The notes below the pieces were generated by a model, which saw nothing but the letters and a program-made list of their open reading frames with translations, was not told the origin of the DNA and searched no databases. Positions 40,401-48,925 of a DNA stretch of 64,000 bases are shown here, in pieces; position 1 is the stretch's first letter; each line of letters opens with the position of its first letter. A program made the position numbers and the translations under genes. This stretch comes from Polyangiaceae bacterium (GTDB lineage: Bacteria; Myxococcota_A; Polyangia; Polyangiales; Polyangiaceae), in the NCBI GenBank assembly GCA_050287085.1, contig JBNKBE010000018.1:32001-96000 (forward strand), read 5' to 3'.

Positions 40401-42712
40401 ACGGTCGCCTCCAACAAGCTCCCCACCGTAAAGCCGCGACAGTTCACGCGGAGGACTTCTTCTTTGAAGCGCGCTCCGCGGCAAACTGGACACAGCAAGC
40501 TCACGTCGGCGAGAAACTGCATCTCCACCGTCTCGTAGCCTTCGCCGGAACATGCGTCGCAGCGGCCGCCAGCTACGTTGAAGGAAAAATGGGAAGCCCC
40601 AAGCCCCGATTGAGCGGCCGCCGGCTGAACTGCAAACAACTTCCGGAAGGTGTCCCACACCTTGGTATAGGTAGCGGCATTGCCGCGAGAAGTGCGACCC
40701 AGGGGCGACTGGTCGATCAGAACTACCTTCTTGACAGCCTCGGCTCCGCTGAGAGCGACTACCGCGCCCGGTCTGGCGACCCCCACGACCCGAAGGCGAC
40801 GCGCGATACTTCGGTAAACAATGTCCTCCGCCAACGTGCTCTTGCCGGAACCGCTAGGACCAGACAGCGCGCAGAAGACGCCTAGCGGAATGTCGACGTC
40901 TACCGACAAGAGATTGTGTTCGCTTGCCCCAACAACTCGCAGCCAGGCGGTGGGCTCGCGAACGCCCTTGCGTAAACTCACTGGAGCAAGGGCTCGCGCC
41001 GTCGCTCCCGAGCGTTGGACGGCGCCCGCAAGCGATCCGTCGAACGTCACTGTGCCGCCTCCAGGCCCCGCGCCCGGCCCCAGCTCGATGACGCGGTCCG
41101 CACAACGGATGAGGTCCGCGTCGTGCTCGACTAGCACGACTGAATTGCCGCGCTGCGCCAAAGACCGAATGCAACTCCGGAGCCGACCCACGTCGCTGGC
41201 GTGAAGCCCTACGCTCGGCTCATCGAGAACAAATAGCGCGTTGTGCAGCGAGGTCCCCAGCGCCGCCGTGAGGGTCACTCGCTGAGCTTCCCCGCCGGAA
41301 AGGGTGCGCGCCTGGCGGTCGAGACTCAGATATCCCAATCCGACGTCCGTCAGATACCTCAAACGGTCGGCGATCTGACCGGCAAGCAGCGCGCCTTGTG
41401 CCGTCTGAGTCTGGAGTGCTGCTACTCGCTTTCCCAACGGCTCGACGCCGAGCTGATACCAATCGACAATGCTGAGTCCGCCTACGCGGTAGTGAAGGGA
41501 CGATGGCTTCAGACGAGCCCCTGCGCATTTCGGACAAGGATCGTAGGACCGATAGCGCGCGAGCAGAACGCGGACGTGCATCTTGTAGCTCTTCGTGTTG
41601 AGCCAACGAAACCATCCCAACAGTCCCCCGTAGGCCCGAGGTGACCAATGCCCGTCACCCTCGAGAATCAGCCGTACCTGCTCGTCCGTGAGTTCCCGAA
41701 AAGGTACATCCAGCGCAATGCCCTGACGCGCACACAGCAAGCGCAGCTGCTTGCGCTCGTGGGTCGTGGACTTCCCCGTCCAGGGTCGAATAGCTCCCCC
41801 CTTCAAGGTCTTGAATGGATCGGGCACCACGCGGTCCAAGTCCACCCCCATGATGCGACCAAACCCGCGGCAAAGCTCGCACGCCCCGACCGGCGAGTTG
41901 AATGAGAAAAAGGCCAATTCCGGTTCCGGAAAACGCCGTTCGCACTCCGGGCACTGATAGCCTTCGACAACCACTTCGCTCTCCTCGCTCCGGCCATCGG
42001 CGTCGAAAACCCGGAGTGAGAGTTCGCCCCCACTCAGCCGCAAGGCGGTCTCCACGCTCTCGTGCAGGCGTGCTCTTTCCTGAGCGCCCACGACCAGGCG
42101 GTCGACGATGCTCTCGACCGAACTGGCAGCCACGGCCTGCGAGGGAGTGACATCATCGATGTCTTGAATACCGTCGAGCCAGAGCCGCCGATATCCCGCC
42201 TGCTGGAGACCATCGCGCACTGTCAGATAGTGCTCGGCGTTTCGAAGTCGCAGCCGATAGCCGAGCAGGATCCGCCTGCCAGTGAAGCGATCGATCAATC
42301 GCTCCGTCAGCGCAGCGGGTCCACCTCGCACCGCATTCACTCCATGTTCTGGACAATGCGGGACTGACTCGCGTGCGAAAAGCCCAGCAATGAGCGGTTC
42401 GAGGTCCGTCATGGTCCCCACGGTCGAACGCGAGCTCTTCGCGGGGCTGGCGCGGTCAACCGCTACCCCCGCGGGAACCGGCTCGAGACTGTCCACCGGG
42501 GGACGCTCCAAGCGCTCCAAGAACTGGCGCGCATAGGGGCTGAAGCTTTCGACGAAACGACGCTGACCCTCGGCATAGAGGGTATCGAGGGCAACGCTGC
42601 TCTTGCCGGCACCCGAAACCCCCGTCAGCGCGACCACTTCGGCAGGGCGAAGCGACAAATCGACACCGCGCAGGTTGTGAATCCGCGCACCGCGCAACTC
42701 AAGGGGAAGCAT
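37415..42712 (-). CDS. uvrA: Excinuclease ABC subunit A, tandem-duplicated (4 ABC domains)
   Basis: Four Walker A motifs (GVSGAGKSS, GPSGSGKST, GPSGSGKSS, GVSGSGKST), four LSGGE signatures, AEGQRRF twice, multiple CxxC fingers. Confidence 0.93.
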   Translation of the reverse strand: MLPLELRGARIHNLRGVDLSLRPAEVVALTGVSGAGKSSVALDTLYAEGQRRFVESFSPYARQFLERLERPPVDSLEPVPAGVAVDRASPAKSSRSTVGTMTDLEPLIAGLFARESVPHCPEHGVNAVRGGPAALTERLIDRFTGRRILLGYRLRLRNAEHYLTVRDGLQQAGYRRLWLDGIQDIDDVTPSQAVAASSVESIVDRLVVGAQERARLHESVETALRLSGGELSLRVFDADGRSEESEVVVEGYQCPECERRFPEPELAFFSFNSPVGACELCRGFGRIMGVDLDRVVPDPFKTLKGGAIRPWTGKSTTHERKQLRLLCARQGIALDVPFRELTDEQVRLILEGDGHWSPRAYGGLLGWFRWLNTKSYKMHVRVLLARYRSYDPCPKCAGARLKPSSLHYRVGGLSIVDWYQLGVEPLGKRVAALQTQTAQGALLAGQIADRLRYLTDVGLGYLSLDRQARTLSGGEAQRVTLTAALGTSLHNALFVLDEPSVGLHASDVGRLRSCIRSLAQRGNSVVLVEHDADLIRCADRVIELGPGAGPGGGTVTFDGSLAGAVQRSGATARALAPVSLRKGVREPTAWLRVVGASEHNLLSVDVDIPLGVFCALSGPSGSGKSTLAEDIVYRSIARRLRVVGVARPGAVVALSGAEAVKKVVLIDQSPLGRTSRGNAATYTKVWDTFRKLFAVQPAAAQSGLGASHFSFNVAGGRCDACSGEGYETVEMQFLADVSLLCPVCRGARFKEEVLRVNCRGFTVGSLLEATVEEACERFADTPAVLRGLMPLVRLGLGYLPLGQPLSTLSGGEAQRLKLARALSERLKGTLFVVDEPSAGLHADEVEHVRHAFEAVVTGGGSVLVVEHDLRLLAGADWIIELGPGAGVDGGRLCAAGPPEAIATSNSKTGLALKASLAALELPVAAPAVTRVEAAAIQITHAREHNLKQVSVSIPHQALTVVTGPSGSGKSSLIFDVLFAEGQRRFLETLSPYARRFLPTLPKPDVDALSGVPPAIALEQRLSRGGASSTVATVTELAHYLRLLFAKLGTPHCPTHGLPLYAGTSEALFERVREVRGKGLLLAPVVEGRKGTYLDVFNAASRAGITEAIVDGERVETDQPPRLARTREHSIHLIVAEEIPFRELSESALRCALEWGKGTLLVQPTHGETRRLATSSGCPECGFAAPVLDPRWFSFNTVQGQCPRCKGSGELIEVTRVGRGKQEEKRTPCPACLGARLHPIPAAVRLDGIGYDAVMQMSVTRVGEWVARLRFEPRHSKVSTPIVDELQRRLSFLERVGLGYLTLARSARTLSGGELQRLRLAAQLGAGLTGALYVLDEPTIGLHPRDTARLIDNLRALVALGSTVVVVEHDLDVIQAAHHLIDMGPTGGRMGGEVVACGAPEVVLAVEASPTAACLREPPTPRHGLPLPKGHPRLELFGVSENNLKDVDVSIPLQRLTVVCGVSGSGKSTLINRVLLPAVRQKLGLVTPEPGCYQRLGDCHELRRALSVDQAPIGRSPRSVPATFLGIWDVVRQLFANLPESRAAGFGAARFSFNSKGGRCEECQGQGVITHEMSFLPDAIQPCPVCSGRRFEPRTLTPRFRGFSVGDVLALSADEALDLFESHPKITRPLATLSALGTGYVQLGQGSHTLSGGEAQRLKLAHELSAGSRHEPTLYVLDEPTTGLHQADVARLLVVLDQLVARGDTVVVIEHHPLVIASADYILELGPEAGEQGGQVVAEGSCARVARRTTATGRVLKAFLHQVPIR

Positions 42713-42834
42713 GGGCTCACGTTACCCTGGGCTTCAGCGCCCGCGCAGCGTCAATCCACACTCGACAGCCGCCATTCATCCGAACGGCACAGTCCCCTTG
42801 CGTTTGTGCCCCGAGACGACGTAAGGACGGTGCC

Positions 42835-43335
42835 ATGGCCGGCAAGGCGAACAAAGGCAAGAAGCAGGTCGACTACACAGACCGACTGGTTGCCCGCAAT
42901 CGCCGGGCCAGTTTCGACTACGAGTTGGGTGACTCCTACGAGGCCGGCATGGTGTTGATCGGCAGCGAGGTGCGAGCCTTGCGCGAGCACACAGCGGATC
43001 TGACCGATGCCTGGATAGAAATCCGTTCGGGCGAAGCCTTTGTTAAGGGACTGCGCATTCCGGCACTCAAGCATGCCGCCTTTGGTCACAGTGAGAAACG
43101 CGAGCGCAAGCTACTGCTCCACCAGCACCAGATAGAAGAACTGCGCGCTGCACAAGAGCGAGATCGGATGGCGCTGGTTGCGACCAAGCTGTACTTCAAG
43201 GGAGGCCGCGCGAAACTCGAAATCGCCGTCGCAAAAGGCAAGAAGCAACATGACAAGCGCAACACCCTGCGCGAAAGAGACGCCGCCAAGGAAGCTCGGG
43301 AGGCTATCCGCAAGGGCAAAGCCAACTACAGCTAG
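42835..43335 (+). CDS. smpB: SsrA-binding protein
   Basis: NRRASFDY, EAGMVLIGSEV, RERKLLLH, KGKKQHDKR. Confidence 0.96.
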   Translation: MAGKANKGKKQVDYTDRLVARNRRASFDYELGDSYEAGMVLIGSEVRALREHTADLTDAWIEIRSGEAFVKGLRIPALKHAAFGHSEKRERKLLLHQHQIEELRAAQERDRMALVATKLYFKGGRAKLEIAVAKGKKQHDKRNTLRERDAAKEAREAIRKGKANYS

Positions 43336-43384
43336 CGGAGAGTTCGAAGCGCCGGCGCCGCCTTATCCACCGAAGACCTAGACA

Positions 43385-43672
43385 ATGAGCATAGCCAGTC
43401 CTGTCACTCGTGTTACTTGGACCCGCGGAGGTACCGCCGTATTGCAGCGTACCGATGGCCACTACGCCACCTGGCTGTCCACCGCCGCAGCGCCTCCCGG
43501 GACGCCACTCTCCGGAACGAGCGACCAAGGATTGCTCTTACAGCTCAAGGTGCGCTCCTGCCGTCGCATTTCCGAGGAGCCCGCGCAATATGCGATCGAA
43601 GGACGCTTCTTCAATCTCCAAAGGGCGGAGCGCGAAAGTCTCGTATCCACCGAAGAGGTCACCGCGCTCTAG
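43385..43672 (+). CDS. Small hypothetical protein (possible PilZ-like beta-barrel)
   Basis: Fills the gap after smpB; PPGTPL..LKVRSCRR...IEGRFFNL pattern; fold is a guess. Confidence 0.55.
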   Translation: MSIASPVTRVTWTRGGTAVLQRTDGHYATWLSTAAAPPGTPLSGTSDQGLLLQLKVRSCRRISEEPAQYAIEGRFFNLQRAERESLVSTEEVTAL

Positions 43673-43699
43673 GACACTTTCTGGAGTCTGAATACGCCG

Positions 43700-44698
43700 T
43701 CAAAGCGCACTCAAATTCATTCGGAGGCCGAGTTCCGCACCGGCAAAGGTCCAACCCAGGCGAGGCGCTGCAGGCACGTCGGCGACGGGCACGTCTCGCA
43801 GCAGCACTCCTCCCTTCAGACCGCAGCTGAGGTCCAACCAGGATGATACGCGCAGGCCGTAGTGTCCGGTAAGGGCTACGCGTGGGACGATTTCGCGGGT
43901 GGTCCGCTGCGTGAGCAGTTCGCTGCCTGTGCGCCCAAATGTCACCACGCCTACGGCGGCTTCCATCCCAGTGTCCAGGCGGTGTCTGCGCCAGGTGAAG
44001 GCGCGAGTGGTGGTAAGCAGAAGGTCCTGGCTCTGGAGCCATCCCACATATTTCGAATTCGGGATTGCGCCCGCGTGAACACCTACCCCCAGCCCCACGA
44101 ACACAACGCGATCAAAAGCAAGCCCGCCACTCACCGCACCGCCCAGCAGCCACGCGCCACGTCCAAGCTGATGTGCCTGCAAGTCCGAATGGGTCTCCCA
44201 AGCTGCGAAGATGGGAACACCTCGCTGCTGTTCGCTTCGCCTGCGAGCCTGGGCCTGCAGTTTGGCCACAGCCCGCGCCTGTCGCTCACGGCGGCGCGCC
44301 AAATGCCGCAGCAGTTCGGCCGAAACCAAGGCGATACGACGCGCCAAGACGCGCTGCGAGCTGCTGCCGCTCACCGTGCGCCGTCCCTCAAATACCCCGC
44401 GGTGCCACAACTCCACCTCCAAGTCCGCGCCTGCTCCAGTGGCGAGCACTCGCACATAAGCGGGCGTGGTACGCAGTGAGGAACCGCGTAGCGCAGGTGG
44501 AGGCACGCTGATTTCTGCAAGCTCCAGCGCAATGAGACGCGCTACCAAGCGGCGCTCCACCATCTCCGAGGGCCCTTCCCCGATCTCTACCGCAACGGAC
44601 GAGGCATCCCCAGCCGCGTGGGCGCCCGGCGCCAGACTAGCGAGCGCTAGGCTCAACGCCAGGAGCAGAAGCGCTCGAACCCGCTGGTCTAGATTCAC
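43700..44698 (-). CDS. Exported protein of the ECF cluster, C-terminal beta-barrel-like
   Basis: Signal peptide (LLLLALSLALASLAPGAHA); overlaps the upstream gene; start estimated at GTG 44698. Confidence 0.65.
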   Translation of the reverse strand: MNLDQRVRALLLLALSLALASLAPGAHAAGDASSVAVEIGEGPSEMVERRLVARLIALELAEISVPPPALRGSSLRTTPAYVRVLATGAGADLEVELWHRGVFEGRRTVSGSSSQRVLARRIALVSAELLRHLARRRERQARAVAKLQAQARRRSEQQRGVPIFAAWETHSDLQAHQLGRGAWLLGGAVSGGLAFDRVVFVGLGVGVHAGAIPNSKYVGWLQSQDLLLTTTRAFTWRRHRLDTGMEAAVGVVTFGRTGSELLTQRTTREIVPRVALTGHYGLRVSSWLDLSCGLKGGVLLRDVPVADVPAAPRLGWTFAGAELGLRMNLSAL

Positions 44699-45866
44699 CG
44701 GACGGCTCGATGACACCCTTGTCGATCGCTTCGTCATCGTGTGGGCTTCCGGCATCCGCGTCGCTGGTTCCCGTTGCAGACAGCCTGCTCAAGAGCAACT
44801 CGACCTCGTCAGCACCCTCGCTATTGGGGAACGACGCCTCATACTGCCTGGCGAGTTCATACGCCAGCGCCACATCGCGACGCGAAACCGCAACCCGCAC
44901 CTGACGCAATAACGCATCGGCCGCAAAGTCACCCTCAGGTGAAAGTCGACGATAAATGGCAAACGCCTGCTCAGCACCCACCGCATCACCGGATTTTTCG
45001 AGCAAGTTGGCAAGGCTCCACGCGGCCAAAGGGGCGACCGGATCTGTCGCGAAGACCCCAAGCACCCGCCTCAGCGCGGCCGCCGCACGCTCTGGCTGCC
45101 CGGTGGCACGAGCCACATCCGCAAGCAACATCAGTTGCTCCGCCGATGCTTTGGCCAGACCAAACTCGTAGCCCCCGAGTTCCGCCAGCGCCATCATCGC
45201 AGCTTGATACTCACCTCGGTTGGCCATGTGCTGCCACTCCGGCACCTCGACAACGGCCGCGCTCGGTTCGTTTCTCTGCTCGCCCCCCGATTCCGCCTCG
45301 AACTCCGGAACCGTCACCCCCTTCTCCTCTGTGTGGGGCTGCGGCACAGCGGTTGGAAGCGCGCTCGCGCGTGGGACTCGCCTCGACGTGAGCCCTTGGG
45401 GCCGCTCCGCCGGAACCACAGGTGATACGACACGCGCCCTCGCGCTTCGTTTGCCACGCTCACCCGCCGACGTCGCGCGCTCTTCCCGACCGAAGCGGTC
45501 GGCTCGCCCCACATCTCCACCCGACAAGGACCGCGGCAAAAGAGTTTCGTCCGCCATTCTACGAGCCACAAACGCCGGCTCAGGAGCCACGGCCAAGGGC
45601 TCGGGCGTCAAACGCCTTCCTACTGAAATGCCGGCCACGAATATCCCACACGCGACCGCACCCCGCACCAACAAGGGCCCCCACGCTCCCGCGCCCGAGC
45701 GCCCGCCCGCCTGCGGCAAGTGCCCCTCCAGGCGGCGCCAAATGCGAGCCTTCGCGTCCTCAGACAACACCTGCGCAGAATGCACGACGCTCTCTTTGGG
45801 GACGGCGCTCTGGTTCCGTACGCCGCGACCAAATCCGCCGTCGCGAGTTGGATCCAATCGCTCCAT
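44637..45866 (-). CDS. Putative anti-sigma factor (single TM, linker, C-terminal TPR-like repeats)
   Basis: TGATG coupling to the sigma gene; RIWRRL helix, then TM; LLADVARATG and ARQYEASFPNS TPR-like segments. Confidence 0.65.
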   Translation of the reverse strand: MERLDPTRDGGFGRGVRNQSAVPKESVVHSAQVLSEDAKARIWRRLEGHLPQAGGRSGAGAWGPLLVRGAVACGIFVAGISVGRRLTPEPLAVAPEPAFVARRMADETLLPRSLSGGDVGRADRFGREERATSAGERGKRSARARVVSPVVPAERPQGLTSRRVPRASALPTAVPQPHTEEKGVTVPEFEAESGGEQRNEPSAAVVEVPEWQHMANRGEYQAAMMALAELGGYEFGLAKASAEQLMLLADVARATGQPERAAAALRRVLGVFATDPVAPLAAWSLANLLEKSGDAVGAEQAFAIYRRLSPEGDFAADALLRQVRVAVSRRDVALAYELARQYEASFPNSEGADEVELLLSRLSATGTSDADAGSPHDDEAIDKGVIEPSGESRPAGSSASAPGVEPSAR

Positions 45867-46633
45867 CACCGTCCGCTTTCCGCGCCGGCTTCCGGCGCCA
45901 CGTAGTATTGATCCAGAAAGCTCTGAGCTCGGACGATTCGCCGCTTGGCCGTCGCCAAAGAGCAATCGCAGAGACTCGCCACATCTTCGAGACGATGGCG
46001 TTCCACATGGCGCAGAGTCCAGGCGACCCGTTCATCCGGCGCCAGCAGACGCAGCAGTCCGTAGAGTTGAGCCAGCTCTGCTCGCAGCTCGGGCCCCGCA
46101 TCCGGCGAGGCGACGCCATCCATCTCCACCGGTTCGACCGCACTCAAGCCCAGGCCGCGCAAGACCCGCCTGCGGCGGAAACGAGTACGAACGAGTCGAA
46201 CGATGATCGTGCCAAGCCAAGCACGGAAGGCCCGCGGCTCCCGCAAACGCGACAGCTCCTGGTGCGCCTTGAGAAACGCGTCGTGGACCAAGTCCTCTGC
46301 GTCGAGCCGGCTACCCTGCAAGCGCACAACCATAGAAAACGCGAAGTCGGCGTGAGTCCGATACAGCTGCTCGAAGGCTTGGAGCGTTCCCGAGAGCGCT
46401 TGATTCACCCAGAGTTCGTCCTGCAAGCGCTCCGCGCTCGGAGCCGCTGGCACGCGCTCCGCCGCTGGCACGCGCTCCGCCGCTGGTATGCGCTCCGCCG
46501 CTGGTATGCGCTCCGCTCTGGACACGGGAGCCTGCTCCGAGTCAAACTCGCCCGCTACCGCGGCGCCCTCGACCGAGTTCGAATCGACATGCGTCTTGGA
46601 GACAACTAGGCGCAGGGCGGGCAACTGGGACAT
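45866..46633 (-). CDS. ECF RNA polymerase sigma factor
   Basis: AFEQLYRTH, DAEDLVHDAF, FRAWL; region 4 LEDVASLCDCSLATAKRRI. Confidence 0.9.
   Translation of the reverse strand: MSQLPALRLVVSKTHVDSNSVEGAAVAGEFDSEQAPVSRAERIPAAERIPAAERVPAAERVPAAPSAERLQDELWVNQALSGTLQAFEQLYRTHADFAFSMVVRLQGSRLDAEDLVHDAFLKAHQELSRLREPRAFRAWLGTIIVRLVRTRFRRRRVLRGLGLSAVEPVEMDGVASPDAGPELRAELAQLYGLLRLLAPDERVAWTLRHVERHRLEDVASLCDCSLATAKRRIVRAQSFLDQYYVAPEAGAESGR
46443..46514. repeat. In-frame 18-bp tandem repeat x4 encoding AER(I/V)PA in the ECF N-terminus
   Basis: GCCGCTGGCACGCGCTCC twice, then GCCGCTGGTATGCGCTCC twice. Confidence 0.92.
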
Positions 46634-46832
46634 CGACTACGGAGCTTGGGGGGATCGGGGGTTGGACGCAATCGCTGGTGCTTTCGGCTCATGGCGAGGG
46701 CGCTGCGCAAATCCTCGACCTATCAGCCAACCAAAGAACGAATACGGTTGAGCCGAAAACGCTCATCGGTGCATCTAGCCGACATCCGGTGAGATCCGGG
46801 CAGAACAGGGATCATCCCAGGAGAACAAGTAA

Positions 46833-47051
46833 ATGAAGATTGTTGCAATTATTTCCGCCGTTTCCGTAGCTTTCGCCGTTGCCTGTGGTGGCAGCACCCC
46901 CGAGGCTGAGACGCCCGCAGACGAGTCGGCAGCAACCGAAGAAGCTCCCGCAGAAGAAGCTGCTGAAGAGGCAGCTGAGGAAGCTCCGGCTGAGGAAGCT
47001 GCTGAGGAAGCTGCTCCGGCTGAGGAAGCTGCTGAAGAGAGCGCAGAGTAA
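46833..47051 (+). CDS. Small acidic Ala/Glu-repeat lipoprotein
   Basis: AGGAGA RBS; signal peptide with AVA-C-GG; EEAAEEAPA repeats. Confidence 0.85.
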   Translation: MKIVAIISAVSVAFAVACGGSTPEAETPADESAATEEAPAEEAAEEAAEEAPAEEAAEEAAPAEEAAEESAE

Positions 47052-47125
47052 TAGAGCCATTAGGCCAAGCTCGCCGATGATTGGCGAGTCGCTCGTCGGA
47101 CAGGGATCTCTGCTCGACGAGCCCA

Positions 47126-47162
47126 GGAAAGGCGTTCCACTCGGGGCGCCTTTCCCCGTTTG
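47126..47162 (+). terminator. Putative intrinsic terminator after the lipoprotein gene
   Basis: GGAAAGGCG...CGCCTTTCC stem followed by CCGTTTG; lies between convergent genes. Confidence 0.5.
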
Positions 47163-47214
47163 TGGGGCTGGCTCGGCTATGTGGGGCTGGCTTGGCTTGT
47201 GGGGCTGGCTTTGG
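47161..47214. repeat. Three direct repeats with core TGTGGGGCTGGCT (18-19 bp period)
   Basis: Cores at 47161, 47180 and 47198. Confidence 0.85.
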
Positions 47215-47220
47215 AAGGTA

Positions 47221-48726
47221 TCAGCGAGGCGGTGGCGGTGGCGGTGGCGTTGGGGCCACCGAGTCGCGATTCACTTTGAGCGATAGGCGTGTTCTGCCGA
47301 CCAATAGCTGATCACCATCCCGGAGCTCATATTCACCTTCTATTCTCACAAACAAGCCCGAGCGAGAGCCCAAGTCGGTGAGCACGATCGTTCCGGCTTG
47401 CTCGTCCACCACACAGTGTTGTTCGTCCACCAGCGGATCATTGGCGAATACGAGATCCCCCACCGCGGAACCAATCTGCAGCGTATGCCCACGAGCCACC
47501 GCGCAAGCTCCAATCGCACCGCCCTCCAACAATTGGGTGATGCGAAAAGAAGAGGACCACTTGGGCGACGAATAGAAGTAGGTAGGCGCAGGATCTGGAC
47601 CATCTCGCGGCTCCGGATTGCGATCCACCCGCAGTAGCTGATCGCCAACGATGAACTCCGCACCGTGTTCCACTTCAATCGGAGTTCTGATGCGGAGAAA
47701 GACGCCGTTGCCCCCCTCGAGATCTTCCAGAAATAGGCGGCCACTGCGCAGCGTAATGACCGCCTCCTCGGGATGACAGAAGCGCTCGCCATCCAGCTGA
47801 ATGTGTCCGGCTGAACCGATGATCGCGACGTCCGTCGTCACGCTATAGCGTGCTGGCCCGCCGCTAAGACTGCGCATGACCGACAACCCATAGAGCTCTT
47901 TGGGCGGCGGGGGTTGAACGGACGGCTCGGCTTTTTTCTGCGCCGCCAGTTCGGGGGGAGGCTCCACACGCCGCTCCGCATTCCCTTCCTGCCCACGAGA
48001 AGGGGCATTGAGCGACGGTCCATTGAGCGGTGGGCTGCGCCGGTGCAGGGTTTCATTCGCACGGCGACGCCCGACTTTGATGCGCTTGACGATGTCGTCC
48101 TTCGGCGGGTCGAGCAGCTCCTCCATGCCACCTATGGCACGCCCAGCAATGACCTCATCGAAGCGCCCCTCTCGCAGCGCGAGCACCATCTCCATGTGCT
48201 GCGCTTTCATGAGATTGCGCACGAAGTCTCCGATGCCATCTCCCTCGCGTTCGATGGCCTCGGCGTAGAAGCGCTTATGACTCTTGATCACCCGTCCGCC
48301 GTCCGCGAACAGATGGGTGATGATGTGGGGCGCGTCCAGGCCCGAGTCCTCGGTCTGGACATGAAAGACCTGACCGTGGCTCTTGATGTTGTTGTTGAAG
48401 CCCATCTGGGCTCGGCGGAAGTTCGGGCGACGAGTTCCAGCGTCCAACTCCCGCAGACGCGCCTCATCGTAATAAGCGATGGCCTCCAGCAAAGGACGAT
48501 GTTGGCCAGCTATGCCTTCCATGCGCTCAAACGCGCACTGAGCCTCTATGGAACTCGGATCGACCCGCAGCGCGGCGGCTAGCAGTTCCTGTCCCTCCGG
48601 GTCGTTCGGGCCATTCGCCGCCCAAGCCGCCAGCAGCAACACCGCTTCGTCCGGGCGCTGGTGCTCCACAAGCCAGTCGGCGATACGCCGCGCCCTGGCG
48701 CGATTTGCCACCACCGTCTCACTCAT
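47221..48726 (-). CDS. Tandem FHA-like domain protein
   Basis: LEDLEGGNGVFLRI and LTDLGSRSGLFVRI; N-terminal helical part and a FHVQTEDSG domain; Pro-rich linker. Confidence 0.75.
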   Translation of the reverse strand: MSETVVANRARARRIADWLVEHQRPDEAVLLLAAWAANGPNDPEGQELLAAALRVDPSSIEAQCAFERMEGIAGQHRPLLEAIAYYDEARLRELDAGTRRPNFRRAQMGFNNNIKSHGQVFHVQTEDSGLDAPHIITHLFADGGRVIKSHKRFYAEAIEREGDGIGDFVRNLMKAQHMEMVLALREGRFDEVIAGRAIGGMEELLDPPKDDIVKRIKVGRRRANETLHRRSPPLNGPSLNAPSRGQEGNAERRVEPPPELAAQKKAEPSVQPPPPKELYGLSVMRSLSGGPARYSVTTDVAIIGSAGHIQLDGERFCHPEEAVITLRSGRLFLEDLEGGNGVFLRIRTPIEVEHGAEFIVGDQLLRVDRNPEPRDGPDPAPTYFYSSPKWSSSFRITQLLEGGAIGACAVARGHTLQIGSAVGDLVFANDPLVDEQHCVVDEQAGTIVLTDLGSRSGLFVRIEGEYELRDGDQLLVGRTRLSLKVNRDSVAPTPPPPPPPR

Positions 48727-48925
48727 TGCTTCCCATCATTTCCGTTCAGTGCAGCCAAGGCAAGGCATTTTGCCATCGCCTCCGGGAAGACGCCGCGCCT
48801 CAATCCCAAATTCGTTCGCGGCGAGCGGGCAACGCGCGCTGCAACAAGTTCCGAATTCACCGAGCGCCAAAAACCCGATGCCTCCTGCAAAGCCGCGCCC
48901 AGTCCCGACGTCATGCAGGCCGGTC

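Noticed and set aside
42713..43700. tmRNA (ssrA) or tRNA near smpB
   Set aside because: No tRNA-like ends or T-arm with acceptor stem; the gaps are too small.
45220..46609. Long antisense ORFs (328 and 395 aa) and similar shadow ORFs across the window
   Set aside because: Expected in high-GC DNA; they lie opposite motif-supported genes and have Arg/Pro/Ala-biased composition.
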